The translations under genes and the position numbers were made by a program. The notes beneath the pieces were generated by a model, which did no database searches, was not told the origin of the DNA, and saw only the letters and a program-made list of their open reading frames with translations. A stretch of DNA of 64,000 nt from NCBI GenBank assembly GCA_963727625.1, contig CAVSHR010000004.1:224001-288000 (forward strand), read 5' to 3'. Source of the DNA: an uncultured delta proteobacterium. GTDB lineage: Bacteria; Desulfobacterota; Binatia; UBA9968. Positions 13,555 to 24,098 of the stretch are shown piece after piece (position 1 is the first letter of the stretch; the number at the start of each line of letters is the position of its first letter).

Positions 13555-14775
13555 ATGAAATACATCATCCTTCAAGGCGACGGCATGGCGGATTATCCGC
13601 TCGATGTGCTAGGCGGCAAGACACCCCTGGAAGCGGCCCGAACGCCGAACATGGATTGGTTGGCGCAGTATGGCGTGTTCGGCATCGCCCACGTGATTCC
13701 AGAAGGCTTCTCGCCGGGCAGTGATGTCGGCAACATGAGCATTATGGGCTACGATCCGGCGGTGTATCACACCGGCCGCTCGCCGCTCGAAGCGGCGAGC
13801 ATGGGTGTGGCGTTGGGGCCGAACGATATCGCGTTTCGCTGCAACTTGGTGACGCTCGGCGGCGCGGGCGCGGAAATTTTCATGGAGGACTTCACCAGCG
13901 GCCATATATCCACCGAAGAAGCCGCGGAGCTGATCCGCGATATCGGTCATGAGCTGAGCGGTGGCGGCATCGAATTTTTCCCCGGCGTGAGCTACCGCCA
14001 CCTAATGGTCTGGCGCGACGGCAAGGAAAATATGGAGACCACACCGCCGCACGATATCACCGACCAAAGAACCGCCGGCTATATGCCCAAAGGCGATGGG
14101 GCGGATCGCTTGTTAGAACTGATGGGCAACTCGCAAGGCATTCTGGCCGAGCATGCAATCAACAAAAAACGCCAAGCCGCAGGGCAACGGCAAGCGACTT
14201 CGATCTGGCTTTGGGGCCAGGGTAGGGCGCCGCAGTTGCCGCCGCTGACCAAACGCTTCGGCATCAAAGGCGGGGTCATTTCCGCAGTGGATATCATCCA
14301 CGGGTTGGGAGTTTATGCCGGATTGGAGCGCATCGACGTGCCGGGCATCACCGGTTTCCTCGATACCAATTATATCGGCAAAGGCGAGTACGGCGTACGC
14401 TCGCTGGAGAAAAACGATCTGGTGTTTATTCACGTCGAGGCTACCGACGAGGCCGGCCACATGGGCGATGTCGAAAAAAAGATTCAAGCGCTGGAGGATT
14501 TCGATGAGAAGGTGGTCGGCACGGTGCTCAAAGGCATGGCGCAGCGCAAGGATTTTCGCATTCTTTTGATGCCCGATCATCCGACCGCAATCGCGCTCAA
14601 GACCCACGTGGCCGAGCCGGTGCCGTTTGTTTTATATTCGGCGGAAACGCCGCAGAACAACGGTGCCGTCGGTTATAACGAGAAAGACGCGTTGAAGACT
14701 GGAATCGTAGCCAAAAAAGCTTATCGCTTGATGGACGCTTTGATCCAAGGGAGACCGACATGGACCGAAACTTAG
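13555..14775 (+). CDS. apgM: Cofactor-independent phosphoglycerate mutase
   Basis: GDGMAD, TPLEAARTPNMD, PGSDV, HVEATDEAGH and PDHPT motifs. Confidence 0.9.
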   Translation: MKYIILQGDGMADYPLDVLGGKTPLEAARTPNMDWLAQYGVFGIAHVIPEGFSPGSDVGNMSIMGYDPAVYHTGRSPLEAASMGVALGPNDIAFRCNLVTLGGAGAEIFMEDFTSGHISTEEAAELIRDIGHELSGGGIEFFPGVSYRHLMVWRDGKENMETTPPHDITDQRTAGYMPKGDGADRLLELMGNSQGILAEHAINKKRQAAGQRQATSIWLWGQGRAPQLPPLTKRFGIKGGVISAVDIIHGLGVYAGLERIDVPGITGFLDTNYIGKGEYGVRSLEKNDLVFIHVEATDEAGHMGDVEKKIQALEDFDEKVVGTVLKGMAQRKDFRILLMPDHPTAIALKTHVAEPVPFVLYSAETPQNNGAVGYNEKDALKTGIVAKKAYRLMDALIQGRPTWTET

Positions 14776-15710
14776 CATTGGAAGCCGTACGTGTGACCGA
14801 AGCGGCGGCGCTCAATTGCGCGCGCTGGACCGGGCGCGGCGACGAGAAGGCCGCCGATCAAGCGGCGGTGGACGCCATGCGCAAGGCGTTCGACGCCCTG
14901 CAAATCGACGGTACCGTGGTGATCGGCGAAGGCGAGCGCGATGAGGCGCCGATGCTTTACATCGGGGAAAAAGTCGGCTCGGGCGGACCCAAGGTCGATA
15001 TCGCGCTCGATCCTCTCGAAGGCACGACGATCTGCGCCACCGGCGCGCCCAATGCGTTGGCGGTCATCGCCATGGCCGACGGCGGCAACTTGTTGCATTG
15101 CCCGGACACCTACATGGCCAAGATCGCCGCGGGGCCCATCGGCAAAGGGGTGGTCGATTTGGATCGATCGCCGACGGAGAATCTGCGTGCGCTGGCCGAA
15201 GCCAAGCGCTGCAAGGTTGAAGATCTCACAGTGATTATCTTATTGCGACCGCGCCATGAGGCGCTTATCCAGGAAGTGCGCAAAGCCGGCGCGCGCATTC
15301 GCTTGATCGGCGACGGCGATGTCTCCGCCGCGATCGCTACGACCAAACCCGAGACCGGCATCGACTTGCTGCTGGGCATCGGTGGCGCGCCGGAAGGGGT
15401 ACTGGCGGCGGCGGCACTACGTTGCATCGGCGGCGAATTTCAAGGACGTTTGGCGCCGCGCAACAACGAAGAAATCGAACGGGCGAAGAAAATGGGGGTG
15501 GCGGATATCAAGCGAAAGTTCAAAATCGACGAGTTGGCCGCGGGCGAGGTCATGTTTGCCGCCACCGGGGTTACGGACGGAGACTATCTGCAAGGGGTTC
15601 ATGCCTTTCCCGGTGGCGCGACCACCCAATCCGTGGTCATGCGCTCCAAAACAAAAACCGTCCGGATCATAAACGCAACTCATCATTTCGACAGCAAGCC
15701 GATCTACTAA
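14760..15710 (+). CDS. glpX: Class II fructose-1,6-bisphosphatase
   Basis: VIGEGERDEAPML, DPLEGT, DGDV and GGAPEGV motifs. Confidence 0.95.
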   Translation: MDRNLALEAVRVTEAAALNCARWTGRGDEKAADQAAVDAMRKAFDALQIDGTVVIGEGERDEAPMLYIGEKVGSGGPKVDIALDPLEGTTICATGAPNALAVIAMADGGNLLHCPDTYMAKIAAGPIGKGVVDLDRSPTENLRALAEAKRCKVEDLTVIILLRPRHEALIQEVRKAGARIRLIGDGDVSAAIATTKPETGIDLLLGIGGAPEGVLAAAALRCIGGEFQGRLAPRNNEEIERAKKMGVADIKRKFKIDELAAGEVMFAATGVTDGDYLQGVHAFPGGATTQSVVMRSKTKTVRIINATHHFDSKPIY

Positions 15711-15808
15711 CCCGGGAGCGCCCGATCACAAGCAGCGCCGGAATTTTTCCCGGTCGCATGGCTCCAAGGGGGCCGGGCCGGAAGCCCGTTTCGAGAAGCT
15801 CACTCACC

Positions 15809-16090
15809 ATGGCACGCAAGAAGAAGCGAAAAACCGGTTGGTTTAGAATCCTGCTCTTGTTCCTTCTCGTTCCTCTGACCGTGTGGTTTGCGGCGTTGGT
15901 CATTTGGTTTTATTGGTACGATCTCAACAGTTGGTTAAGGCCGGATCACCTCCGTCGAGCTCAACCGAGTGCGGCGCGGCAACGCGAACCTGACGAAAAA
16001 CGTGAAACCAGCGCGGCAAAGCAACCCAAAGAGCGCATCCTCGATGACGATCGAAAAACACTGGAAGATATTCTCAAGCGCCATAATTGA
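15809..16090 (+). CDS. Small hypothetical membrane protein
   Basis: MARKKKRK followed by a hydrophobic helix and a charged tail; start taken at ATG 15809. Confidence 0.6.
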   Translation: MARKKKRKTGWFRILLLFLLVPLTVWFAALVIWFYWYDLNSWLRPDHLRRAQPSAARQREPDEKRETSAAKQPKERILDDDRKTLEDILKRHN

Positions 16091-16289
16091 TCGGCGTTTA
16101 GGGTCGGCGCTTTCCAAGAGATAATTTTGGGCGGGCGTTGTCCCCGAAGCGTCATGAGCTCCGTGGCTAAATCCGGCACAGGCGCGACTTCTCATTGCAA
16201 CGCCCCGGCGAATATGAGGCACACAGTTGGCGAATCTCAAGCCCGGTTTGAAGGGGCGCTGTAGCGATGATATTTTACTTCGTGTTCCC

Positions 16290-17453
16290 ATGAACTTTTG
16301 GCGCCAAATTCCTAAGCCGATCATCGGCCTGTCACCCATGGACGGCGTGACCGATGCCTCGTTTCGTTTCATTACGGCGAAACATGGCGGGCCGGACGTG
16401 ACGTTGACGGAGTTCGTCAACATCCAATCGGCCGTCTATTCACCTCACCTATTGCTCAAAGATTTTGCTTATGCGGAAATCGAGCGTCCCGTGGTCGCGC
16501 AGATTTACGGTCGGACACCGGAGTTGTTTTACAAAGTCGCGCATATCGTCGGGGAGCTCGGTTTCGACGGCCTCGACATCAATATGGGTTGTCCGGCAAA
16601 AAAAGTGGCGGCGGCCGGTTGCGGCGCGGCGCTGATTCGCACGCCCGATCTGGCGCGCGACATCCTGCGTGCAGCCAAGCGAGGCATCGAGGATTGGTGC
16701 AACGGGCAGAGCCTCGAAGATCTCGACTTTCCCGGTGAATTCATCGAACAAATCGAAGAGACCCATCGACGGCGCAGCGGCGGCGAAGGAGTGATCGAGA
16801 AACGGCTGATTCCGGTCTCAGTGAAAACGCGTTTAGGATACGATCGCGTCCTCATCGACGATTGGTTGCAAACATTACTGGCCGAGCAGCCTGCGGCGGT
16901 TTCACTTCATGGCCGCACCTTGGAACAGGGTTACAGAGGCGAGGCCGACTGGGATGCGATCGGCCGGGCCGTGGAGAGTGCCAAGGGCTCCGGGACGCTA
17001 ATCCTCGGTAACGGCGACTTGCAGGATTTGCGCGACGTTTATCTCCGTGTGCGGCAGACTCAAGTCGACGGAGTGTTGATCGGCCGCGGTGCGCAAGGCG
17101 ATCCCTGGCTTTTCCGTGACAAAGAAGCACTCAAAGACGCCATGGGCCGGGGCGCCGGGTTCATTCCTCATGCTCAGCCGGTTGAACTCGCGGTAAGATT
17201 TGCCGTCCTCGTCGAGCACAGCGAACATTTCGAAGCGCTCAACGGGCGGGCTCGATTCGTCGCGATGCGCAAGCACCTGACTTGGTATTGCCGCAATTTT
17301 CGCGGCGCCGCGGAAATGCGCGCTCAGTTGACTCGGGCGAATAACGCTGGCGAAGTGCGCGCCTGCCTGGCGGCATTTCAGGCGCAGAGCCGTGAACCTG
17401 TGCCGGGTTACTCGGATTCACCGCGGGCGCCGGCTTTTTCTCTCTCGCCTTGA
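16290..17453 (+). CDS. dus: tRNA-dihydrouridine synthase family protein
   Basis: LSPMDGVTD, DINMGCPAKKV, VSVKTRLG, LHGRT and GNGD motifs. Confidence 0.9.
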   Translation: MNFWRQIPKPIIGLSPMDGVTDASFRFITAKHGGPDVTLTEFVNIQSAVYSPHLLLKDFAYAEIERPVVAQIYGRTPELFYKVAHIVGELGFDGLDINMGCPAKKVAAAGCGAALIRTPDLARDILRAAKRGIEDWCNGQSLEDLDFPGEFIEQIEETHRRRSGGEGVIEKRLIPVSVKTRLGYDRVLIDDWLQTLLAEQPAAVSLHGRTLEQGYRGEADWDAIGRAVESAKGSGTLILGNGDLQDLRDVYLRVRQTQVDGVLIGRGAQGDPWLFRDKEALKDAMGRGAGFIPHAQPVELAVRFAVLVEHSEHFEALNGRARFVAMRKHLTWYCRNFRGAAEMRAQLTRANNAGEVRACLAAFQAQSREPVPGYSDSPRAPAFSLSP

Positions 17454-17466
17454 CACTAGATATTTC

Positions 17467-18096
17467 ATGCGACTGATTCTCGCCTCCAGTTCGCCGCGCC
17501 GCAGTGAGATCTTGGCGCTGCTCGGATTGCCTTTCGAAGCGATCACCCCGGAGTTCAACGAACGGGTTTCCGCGCAAACTTCGATCGAAGAGGAAGTTCT
17601 TGGCTTTGCGCTGGGGAAAGCGCGCTCGGTGGCGATTGACAATCCGCAAAGCACGATCATCGGCAGCGATACGATGATTCTTCTCGACGGCGCGAAGATC
17701 GGCAAGCCGCGCGACACGGCCGACGCCGCACACCTCTTGCGTTCGCTTGCCGGCAGGCGGCATGAAATTTTTACCAGCGTGGTCATTCTCGACAACGACA
17801 ACAGGCCGCCTCTCGCGATCATCGAAAAGGTTTCGGTGCACATGCGGCCGTACGGGGAAGGGGAGATCGAACGCTATCTTACGTACGGCGAATCGCTGGA
17901 TAAAGCGGGTGCATATTCCATTCAGGGGGAAGGCCGCAAGCTGATTGACACCATTTCGGGCGATTACCTCGCCGCGGTTGGACTGCCGCTCAAGCCGATC
18001 GCGGGTTATCTTGCCGGCCGTGGTATTGAGCTGCCGCGCGATGTCGATCAATTGTATGAGGCGAGAGATTTTTTAAATTGGCGGAGTTTCGATTGA
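17467..18096 (+). CDS. maf: Maf-family nucleoside triphosphate pyrophosphatase
   Basis: LILASSSPRR, IGSDT, GKP and DKAGAYSIQG motifs. Confidence 0.93.
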   Translation: MRLILASSSPRRSEILALLGLPFEAITPEFNERVSAQTSIEEEVLGFALGKARSVAIDNPQSTIIGSDTMILLDGAKIGKPRDTADAAHLLRSLAGRRHEIFTSVVILDNDNRPPLAIIEKVSVHMRPYGEGEIERYLTYGESLDKAGAYSIQGEGRKLIDTISGDYLAAVGLPLKPIAGYLAGRGIELPRDVDQLYEARDFLNWRSFD

Positions 18097-18148
18097 CGGC
18101 GTGGCCGGCGCGCCTCGGTTCGGCTTGGCACCGGTGGCGAGTAAGCGC

Positions 18149-18784
18149 TCACTGGCGGGCCGCGCGAACGGTTATCTGGGTCGCCGAGAGCGTACCGTCG
18201 GTATTGCGGGGTCCTCGGAGTGAGACCTCCAGGCCGGTCTTCAATGCTTCCCGGTTGCGCACGACTCGTTTAACGACCGGAATATCCGGCGGCACCACCA
18301 CCTTAACCTCGCCGCCTTTATATTTGAGCGTCATGATTCTGCCTTTGACATTCTGAACGGTGACATCTTCAACCCGCTCGACGTTGGCGTTGGTCATAGT
18401 CGCACCGCTTTGTGGTGCCGAGCCAAGCGGACGATGGCCCTCGCCGGTGCCGCGCTGATCTTCCGAAAAGACATGGACTTCGGACGCTAAGAAATTGCCG
18501 TCCGGCTGTTTTGTCGCTGTGGTGCCGAGATACATGCCTCCGGCAATCTCCGATAACCGAATTGCCTCCTCGACGCGGATGACCGTCTTGTCCGTCAGAA
18601 CGGCTTTGACCGCGCCACCTGGACCTGCAATGGTCAGCTCCCGCCCCTTGAGTGCCGTGATTTTGCCCCGCGTCACTGAGGCGGCACGCGTTTGGGCTTC
18701 GATGCCGGAACTCAGGCCCAACACTAGGCTGAGCCACGCCAGTAGCGGGATAGCTACGGCCTTCATGGTAGTTGACTGATGCAT
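18149..18784 (-). CDS. Secreted hypothetical protein with repeated OB-like (DUF5666-like) modules
   Basis: Signal peptide, ASEVHVF...GEGHRP, TMTNANV and DGTLSATQI. Confidence 0.7.
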   Translation of the reverse strand: MHQSTTMKAVAIPLLAWLSLVLGLSSGIEAQTRAASVTRGKITALKGRELTIAGPGGAVKAVLTDKTVIRVEEAIRLSEIAGGMYLGTTATKQPDGNFLASEVHVFSEDQRGTGEGHRPLGSAPQSGATMTNANVERVEDVTVQNVKGRIMTLKYKGGEVKVVVPPDIPVVKRVVRNREALKTGLEVSLRGPRNTDGTLSATQITVRAARQ

Positions 18785-18987
18785 GGTCTGTGACCTCGGT
18801 CCACGTATAGGCCATCAGCCAATTCGCTTCAAGCTAGGCAAGGGCCAATTCGGCTGGGCCGGCACAACATGCGCACGGGCCGGGACACAACTGTACGCTT
18901 TGGTTCGTTATTTATGGCCAACGTCGACAAATTTTGTTCATTATATGCGGCACCGTCGGAATGCTTTTGACGTAAATTAAGCTACTT

Positions 18988-19224
18988 ATGATTGGTACGG
19001 AGCTTGCTCGTCTGATTTTACAGACTGTTATGAAATCAGCGACAAGCTACGGAGAGCACGATCAGAACTGGCATTGGCCGGAGAAAACCTGGTTCCGGGA
19101 GCGCCTTAATGCGGTGAAAGCCCTGGAGCACGAGCAACGCAGAAAAGTCATGGTCAGCGGGAAAAAACCCGAACAAGATCGACCCTCAACCAGGGCCGAC
19201 AACAGCAAACTTAAGATCGACTGA
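18988..19224 (+). CDS. Small hypothetical protein
   Basis: 78-aa ORF in otherwise empty space; no recognised motif. Confidence 0.35.
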   Translation: MIGTELARLILQTVMKSATSYGEHDQNWHWPEKTWFRERLNAVKALEHEQRRKVMVSGKKPEQDRPSTRADNSKLKID

Positions 19225-19554
19225 CGCCTCGACAGCTGTTCAGGTATCCCTCCCGACGCCACTTTAATTTTCTAGCGTTCATCCGACCATGCCAATCCTA
19301 CCGATCGGTTCAGCGAAGGGTTTCCCCTCCTTGGGCAGTGAAACATCGAAAACATGTATGATCCCGTGCCGACTATCGCATAAATCCGCAAGCGCCGATC
19401 AAATCGATCAAGCTTGACTCCCGCGGCAAACGAATCCTCCAGCTTGAGCGCTGTCTCGGCAAGCTCGCCATTTCTCAGCCAGACGGCATAGGGCTTCGCA
19501 CCTGATCACGCACGCCTCTGATAGCATCAAAGATTTTTTTCAACTTTGTTGAAC

Positions 19555-19733
19555 GCGCGCTTTCCTTTAGCGGCGGTTGTCTACTCATGTTCAAGGCTCT
19601 TGCGTGTTTGTTGTTAGTCATCGGATCTCAAGAGCCCGCATCGGTTCAAGGTAAATTCTTAGCTGACGGTGTTGATCCGTCGGAACAGAAAAAGGTAAAA
19701 AGGACAACCGCGATGCTCATCCTGAAAGCGCGT
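19555..19733 (+). ncRNA. Candidate structured non-coding RNA (~180 nt)
   Basis: Nested helices: 19555-64/19724-33, 19573-81/19703-11, 19595-602/19629-36 and 19663-69/19677-83. G-U pairs favour the + strand. Confidence 0.5.
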
Positions 19734-19888
19734 ACAGAAGCGGGTTCCGACTCTACGGCTTGTAAATTTTCCGGCGCGGTTGTAAGCGAAGCTAGTTGCC
19801 CGTTGAAAAAAGGGCAGCAAGGGTCGCCGGAGCGCGGCGCATTTCAAAGAATGAAATAGTTCGAAAACATCGTGAGGGAGGAAAATCG

Positions 19889-21628
19889 ATGGCACAAACA
19901 ACGGTAAATCTCGACGGCAACTGGGATCTGGAAGCCGACGTGGTGGTGATCGGTTCGGGCGCGGCGGGGCTGCCGGCGGCGATCAAAGCGGCGAACGCCG
20001 GCGCTGCGGTGATCGTCGTCGAAGCCAATTACGACGTGGGCGGGCATGCGATCATCAGCGGCGGCAATGTGCCGCTCGGGGGCGGAACCAGCGCGCAGAA
20101 AAAATACGGCATTAAAGATTCGCCGGACACCGTTTTCTCGGATCTCACCGATTGGACCATCGTGCAACCCAACGGCTGGCCGGATTACCGTTATAACGAT
20201 CGCGAAATTATGCGCTCGTTTGCCGACCATTGCGCGGCGACCTATGAATTTCTCGTGGAAAACGGCGTGGAGTTCAAAGACATACCGCCCGACAATCAAG
20301 GCGGGCATAACCTCGGCAATTCCGCGCCACGGGAGAATCATGCCTTTTGGACCAAGGGGGCGGGCTATGAAAGTCCCAACAACCGCGCCGGAACCGGCGT
20401 CATCAGGCCGCTGGAAAACAGCGCGCGGGCCAAAGGCGTCAAGTTCTTGCTGAACTACAAGATGACCAGTTTCATCCGCGAAGGAAAGAACGCGGGGCGC
20501 GTAACCGGCATCACCGCTCAATACACGCCGCGCATCATGCCGGGGCAGTCGACACCGCTCAAGAGTTTCCGCTCCGACGGTAACATCGAGAGTACCCAGC
20601 CGGCGATGCGCATCCGCGCCAAGAAAGCGGTCGTCGTCGCTACCGGCGGCATGACCAGCAACGTAAACTTCCGGCGCATGTTCGACCCGAGATCAACCGC
20701 CGTGCTCACGGTCGCTGGCGAACCCTATAGCTACCAGGATGCCAGCGGCGAGCTCGCCGCCTTGGCGATCGGCGCCTCGCTTTGGGGACTGGTAAACCAA
20801 ACTTTGGAAAACGGCGACAACATTCGCACCCAGCGAGTGTTGGCGACGAAATGGAATTACATGACTTGGGAACTCGAGAGTCCGATTTTCCCGCTGGTGC
20901 GTTCCACCGGTTTGGGTGCGAAGGACTGGCACGATCTGATTTTGGTCAATCAAGTCGGCAAGCGTTTCTACGACGAGACCAAAGGCGATTACCCCCATGG
21001 CAACGTATACAACGACATTAATCCTTACACGCCCAACGATTACCGCAACAACGAAAACATCCATTACCATCCCAGCAAATATAATTTCTTCAACGCCGCG
21101 GTGGCGATGAACGAGTATTCACAGCCGCCGGATTATTCCGCCGGGCCGATATGGGCAATCTTCGATTCAGAAGCAGTCAAAAGAAACAAATGGAATGTTA
21201 CTCCCCCTTATGTCGATCCAGACGGATACTTCTTTAGCGGCAACACGCTCGACGAGTTAGCCGCGGCGATCAAGAACGAATATCAGGCGAAGCCGATGAA
21301 GGGGGAGACGCTCCATGCCACCGTAGAGCGTTATAACTCGTTCGTCGACGCTGGCAAAGACACTGACTTTGGTAAGCCGGCGCCGAAGTACAAGATTCAG
21401 GCAGCGCCATTCTACGCCGCATGGGCAACACCCAACGTGCACGACACTCGGTCCGGGCTGCGCATCAACGCTAAGTGCCAGGTTATGGATATGAACGGGC
21501 AGGTCATTCCCGGCCTCTATTGTGCTGGAGAAAGCGCCGGCGGTTTCAACCAGCATGGCCTGGGCCGGTGCACGACGCAGGGATTTATCGCCGGGACCAA
21601 CGCTGCTGAGGAGCCCAGCCGAAATTAA
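19889..21628 (+). CDS. FAD-dependent oxidoreductase (fumarate reductase / ketosteroid dehydrogenase flavoprotein-like)
   Basis: DVVVIGSGAAG, VVVATGG, GKRFYDE and IPGLYCAGES motifs; RBS GGAGG upstream. Confidence 0.88.
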   Translation: MAQTTVNLDGNWDLEADVVVIGSGAAGLPAAIKAANAGAAVIVVEANYDVGGHAIISGGNVPLGGGTSAQKKYGIKDSPDTVFSDLTDWTIVQPNGWPDYRYNDREIMRSFADHCAATYEFLVENGVEFKDIPPDNQGGHNLGNSAPRENHAFWTKGAGYESPNNRAGTGVIRPLENSARAKGVKFLLNYKMTSFIREGKNAGRVTGITAQYTPRIMPGQSTPLKSFRSDGNIESTQPAMRIRAKKAVVVATGGMTSNVNFRRMFDPRSTAVLTVAGEPYSYQDASGELAALAIGASLWGLVNQTLENGDNIRTQRVLATKWNYMTWELESPIFPLVRSTGLGAKDWHDLILVNQVGKRFYDETKGDYPHGNVYNDINPYTPNDYRNNENIHYHPSKYNFFNAAVAMNEYSQPPDYSAGPIWAIFDSEAVKRNKWNVTPPYVDPDGYFFSGNTLDELAAAIKNEYQAKPMKGETLHATVERYNSFVDAGKDTDFGKPAPKYKIQAAPFYAAWATPNVHDTRSGLRINAKCQVMDMNGQVIPGLYCAGESAGGFNQHGLGRCTTQGFIAGTNAAEEPSRN

Positions 21629-21956
21629 ATCAGTTTCCGCAACACATCGCCTGACCGGAGGCTCGACGGAAGGATCCCCGGTCGGTAAAACGCCAGCGCG
21701 TTCAGACGAGATCTCGGGCTTACAAGTCGAACACGCATCGATTTTTGAAGAGAAGCTTGGCACCCAAATCTCGCGCGTCGATAATTATTTCTAACCGCCA
21801 CTCGGCAGCTGAGCGCTAACCGTCGTCAAGGCCATCGTTGTTATCACTGGTATCCTCGGGCCGAAGGGGAATTTGGAATGAGGGTGGCAAGCGTTAGCTT
21901 AGAGCGACGGCGGATGACGCGAACGACCTGGTTCAACGAGGGGATATCAAAAATAA

Positions 21957-22442
21957 ATGACGACGATGATTTCCGAGCCCAGCTACGCCAATCAATATCT
22001 CGCCGGGCATGTCGAGCGCCTGCTCGTCAGTTTGCGCCGCTGGACCGGTAGAAATCTCGTCGAGCCCGGCCTGACGCCGAAGGAACAAGCGCGCCGGATA
22101 TTTTATGCGCCGTATGTGGTGCTTTCGCATAACACGAAAAACGACCCTATTTTAAATTATACCAATCGGGCAGGCTTAGAGCTTTTCGAGCTTAGCTGGC
22201 AGGATTTGATTGTCACGCCATCGCGCCAAACCACCGAACCGGTCCATCGCGCCGAGCGCAACCGTTTGCTCTCGGACGTAGCAAATCACGGATATATCGA
22301 CGACTACCGCGGCGTACGTATTTCCAAGAACGGGCGGCGTTTTCAAATTGAACGGGCTACCGTATGGAATCTGTTAGATGAACAAGGCGCGCCCTATGGT
22401 CAAGCCGCGACCTTTAGCGCTTGGCAATTCCTCGATGCCTAG
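21957..22442 (+). CDS. MEKHLA-domain (PAS-like) protein
   Basis: VVLSH...DPILNYTN, GYIDDYRGVRISKNGRRF and VWNLLD...GQAATF. Confidence 0.88.
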   Translation: MTTMISEPSYANQYLAGHVERLLVSLRRWTGRNLVEPGLTPKEQARRIFYAPYVVLSHNTKNDPILNYTNRAGLELFELSWQDLIVTPSRQTTEPVHRAERNRLLSDVANHGYIDDYRGVRISKNGRRFQIERATVWNLLDEQGAPYGQAATFSAWQFLDA

Positions 22443-22720
22443 CAAGCGAGAACGTTTAGCGACGGCGACCATTCCGCTAGAGACGACTCTTAAGACCGGC
22501 GATGATCTGCCGCGAGAGGTAGAAAAATAACCTGCTCGCTGAGAATTGTTGCCGCCGGAAATCAGCGCGGCGACGACGCACGACTCCGAAGAGTAAAATT
22601 CGCGGCGCCGCGGCTTGAATGAAACTTCCCGCCCGCTTACAATTTGACGGCGCATGACAGCTTAAACCAAGGAAAAGATCGAGCTGTCTAAAGAATTCGA
22701 AAGGGAAATAAGGAATTGGC

Positions 22721-23239
22721 ATGCCGCATGCGAAATCATTGAGAGCGATCGGGCAATCATTGGAATCGATCGGCGTGGTCGGTTTTGTAATGGACAAAGA
22801 CGGCAGGAATTATGTCGTGCGCAGCGAATCGCTTCCCGATTTCGCAGAGTTAGACGCCAAGAAAGATGTCTCAGAGAAGGTTTGGAATTCGCCCGGCGGC
22901 TCAGGGCGCCGGCGCAGGCAGATGATTGGCGACGACGGTTCTTGGCATTACGATCCTGCCTACATTTCCTGGCTTGACGCCCAAGGTCGCAGGAAACGGC
23001 GCCGGCGTTATTCCGCGCAGACAACTGGAACCGGGAAAGTTTCTCAATTGTTGCGTACTCTCGGCAGATATCTCGACCGCCTCGAGCCGCATTCCTTCAG
23101 TATCTCATGGACCAAGGATGCCGTTATCATAGACTACCAGTTAGGTGACGGACAAAAGATTCGTGAAATCCTGTTGATGGATAAGTTGCGCGAGTTGACG
23201 GTGCGTTCACGCTTCCGCCGGGCGCGGCGGCGCGTATGA
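22721..23239 (+). CDS. Hypothetical protein
   Basis: 172-aa ORF with RBS AGGA; internal repeat LRAIGQSLE / LRTLGRYLD. Confidence 0.65.
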   Translation: MPHAKSLRAIGQSLESIGVVGFVMDKDGRNYVVRSESLPDFAELDAKKDVSEKVWNSPGGSGRRRRQMIGDDGSWHYDPAYISWLDAQGRRKRRRRYSAQTTGTGKVSQLLRTLGRYLDRLEPHSFSISWTKDAVIIDYQLGDGQKIREILLMDKLRELTVRSRFRRARRRV

Positions 23240-23480
23240 TCCATTGAGTTGAATCCTGAGAGCGAATTGATTCAATCAGACTTGCTCGTTTGTCTCGACG
23301 ACGCTGCGAATCCGTCACTGCCTTACCCCCTCCGTGATCTGATGTTTAAAAGGTTTTTTTCTGATCGAGACCAGCGTTTTCCAATTCATCCGTGTGAACG
23401 GTCCGGCAAACGGTTTGGGATGGATTTTCCCGCTCCTCTTCTTATATACTTGCGGATTTGCCGGTGTTAACCTTAAATCA

Positions 23481-24032
23481 ATGGTAGCTTCATCGGACAG
23501 GTTTGCTCGACCAAGCCTCGCCTGGCTCGTGAGTCTTGTGCCGTTACTGCTCCTGGTGTCCTGTGTCCATCCTTTAACGATGCATTCGAAAGACGGTGAT
23601 CGCCTCGACGGACGCTGGCGTTTCGCCCGCGAGGGTAGCGGTTTGATGCAAGTCTTCGGTCCCGACCGCGAGGTTTTAGTCGGGGCATTTACGCCGGTGA
23701 CGCGGCGCGAGTTTTTTGCAAACTACCAAAAAACTTTCGGCGCCGGCTCCATCGACGCTGACGGCCCGGAGTTGTCTATTTACGGCAATGGGTTTTGGGG
23801 TAACCTGGGAAGTTCCAATGCTCTAGTTGACGTGGTTTATGGAGAAAACTTTAACAGCGCCGCCGGAAAGTCACCGCAAGTCGTGAGCGGGCCGCTTTTT
23901 TATTGGACGGCGAACCTGCAAGGCGACAAGCGTACCGTCATGCAATGCTTCTTGATCGGTTCTTCGTACACCGGCCATGGTCTGGGCCGGTGCAAAGGAA
24001 TCGGATCAAAAGAGTACACGGTTGAATTTTAG
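23481..24032 (+). CDS. Hypothetical lipoprotein
   Basis: Hydrophobic leader ending LLVSC (lipobox-like). Confidence 0.65.
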   Translation: MVASSDRFARPSLAWLVSLVPLLLLVSCVHPLTMHSKDGDRLDGRWRFAREGSGLMQVFGPDREVLVGAFTPVTRREFFANYQKTFGAGSIDADGPELSIYGNGFWGNLGSSNALVDVVYGENFNSAAGKSPQVVSGPLFYWTANLQGDKRTVMQCFLIGSSYTGHGLGRCKGIGSKEYTVEF

Positions 24033-24098
24033 AGCGCTCGCTTATCGTCAAACTTCGCTTCAACGCCAATCTTTCTCATAAGGTGAGTTTTCGGTTTT

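Noticed and set aside
16133-16205. 8-bp inverted repeat GGGCGTTG/CAACGCCC upstream of dus
   Set aside because: Single short repeat in GC-rich DNA with no second copy seen.
19555-19733. Firm 6S RNA call
   Set aside because: Size and the GGTTCAAGG motif are suggestive, but the fold is branched rather than a rod with a central bubble; left as an unassigned ncRNA.
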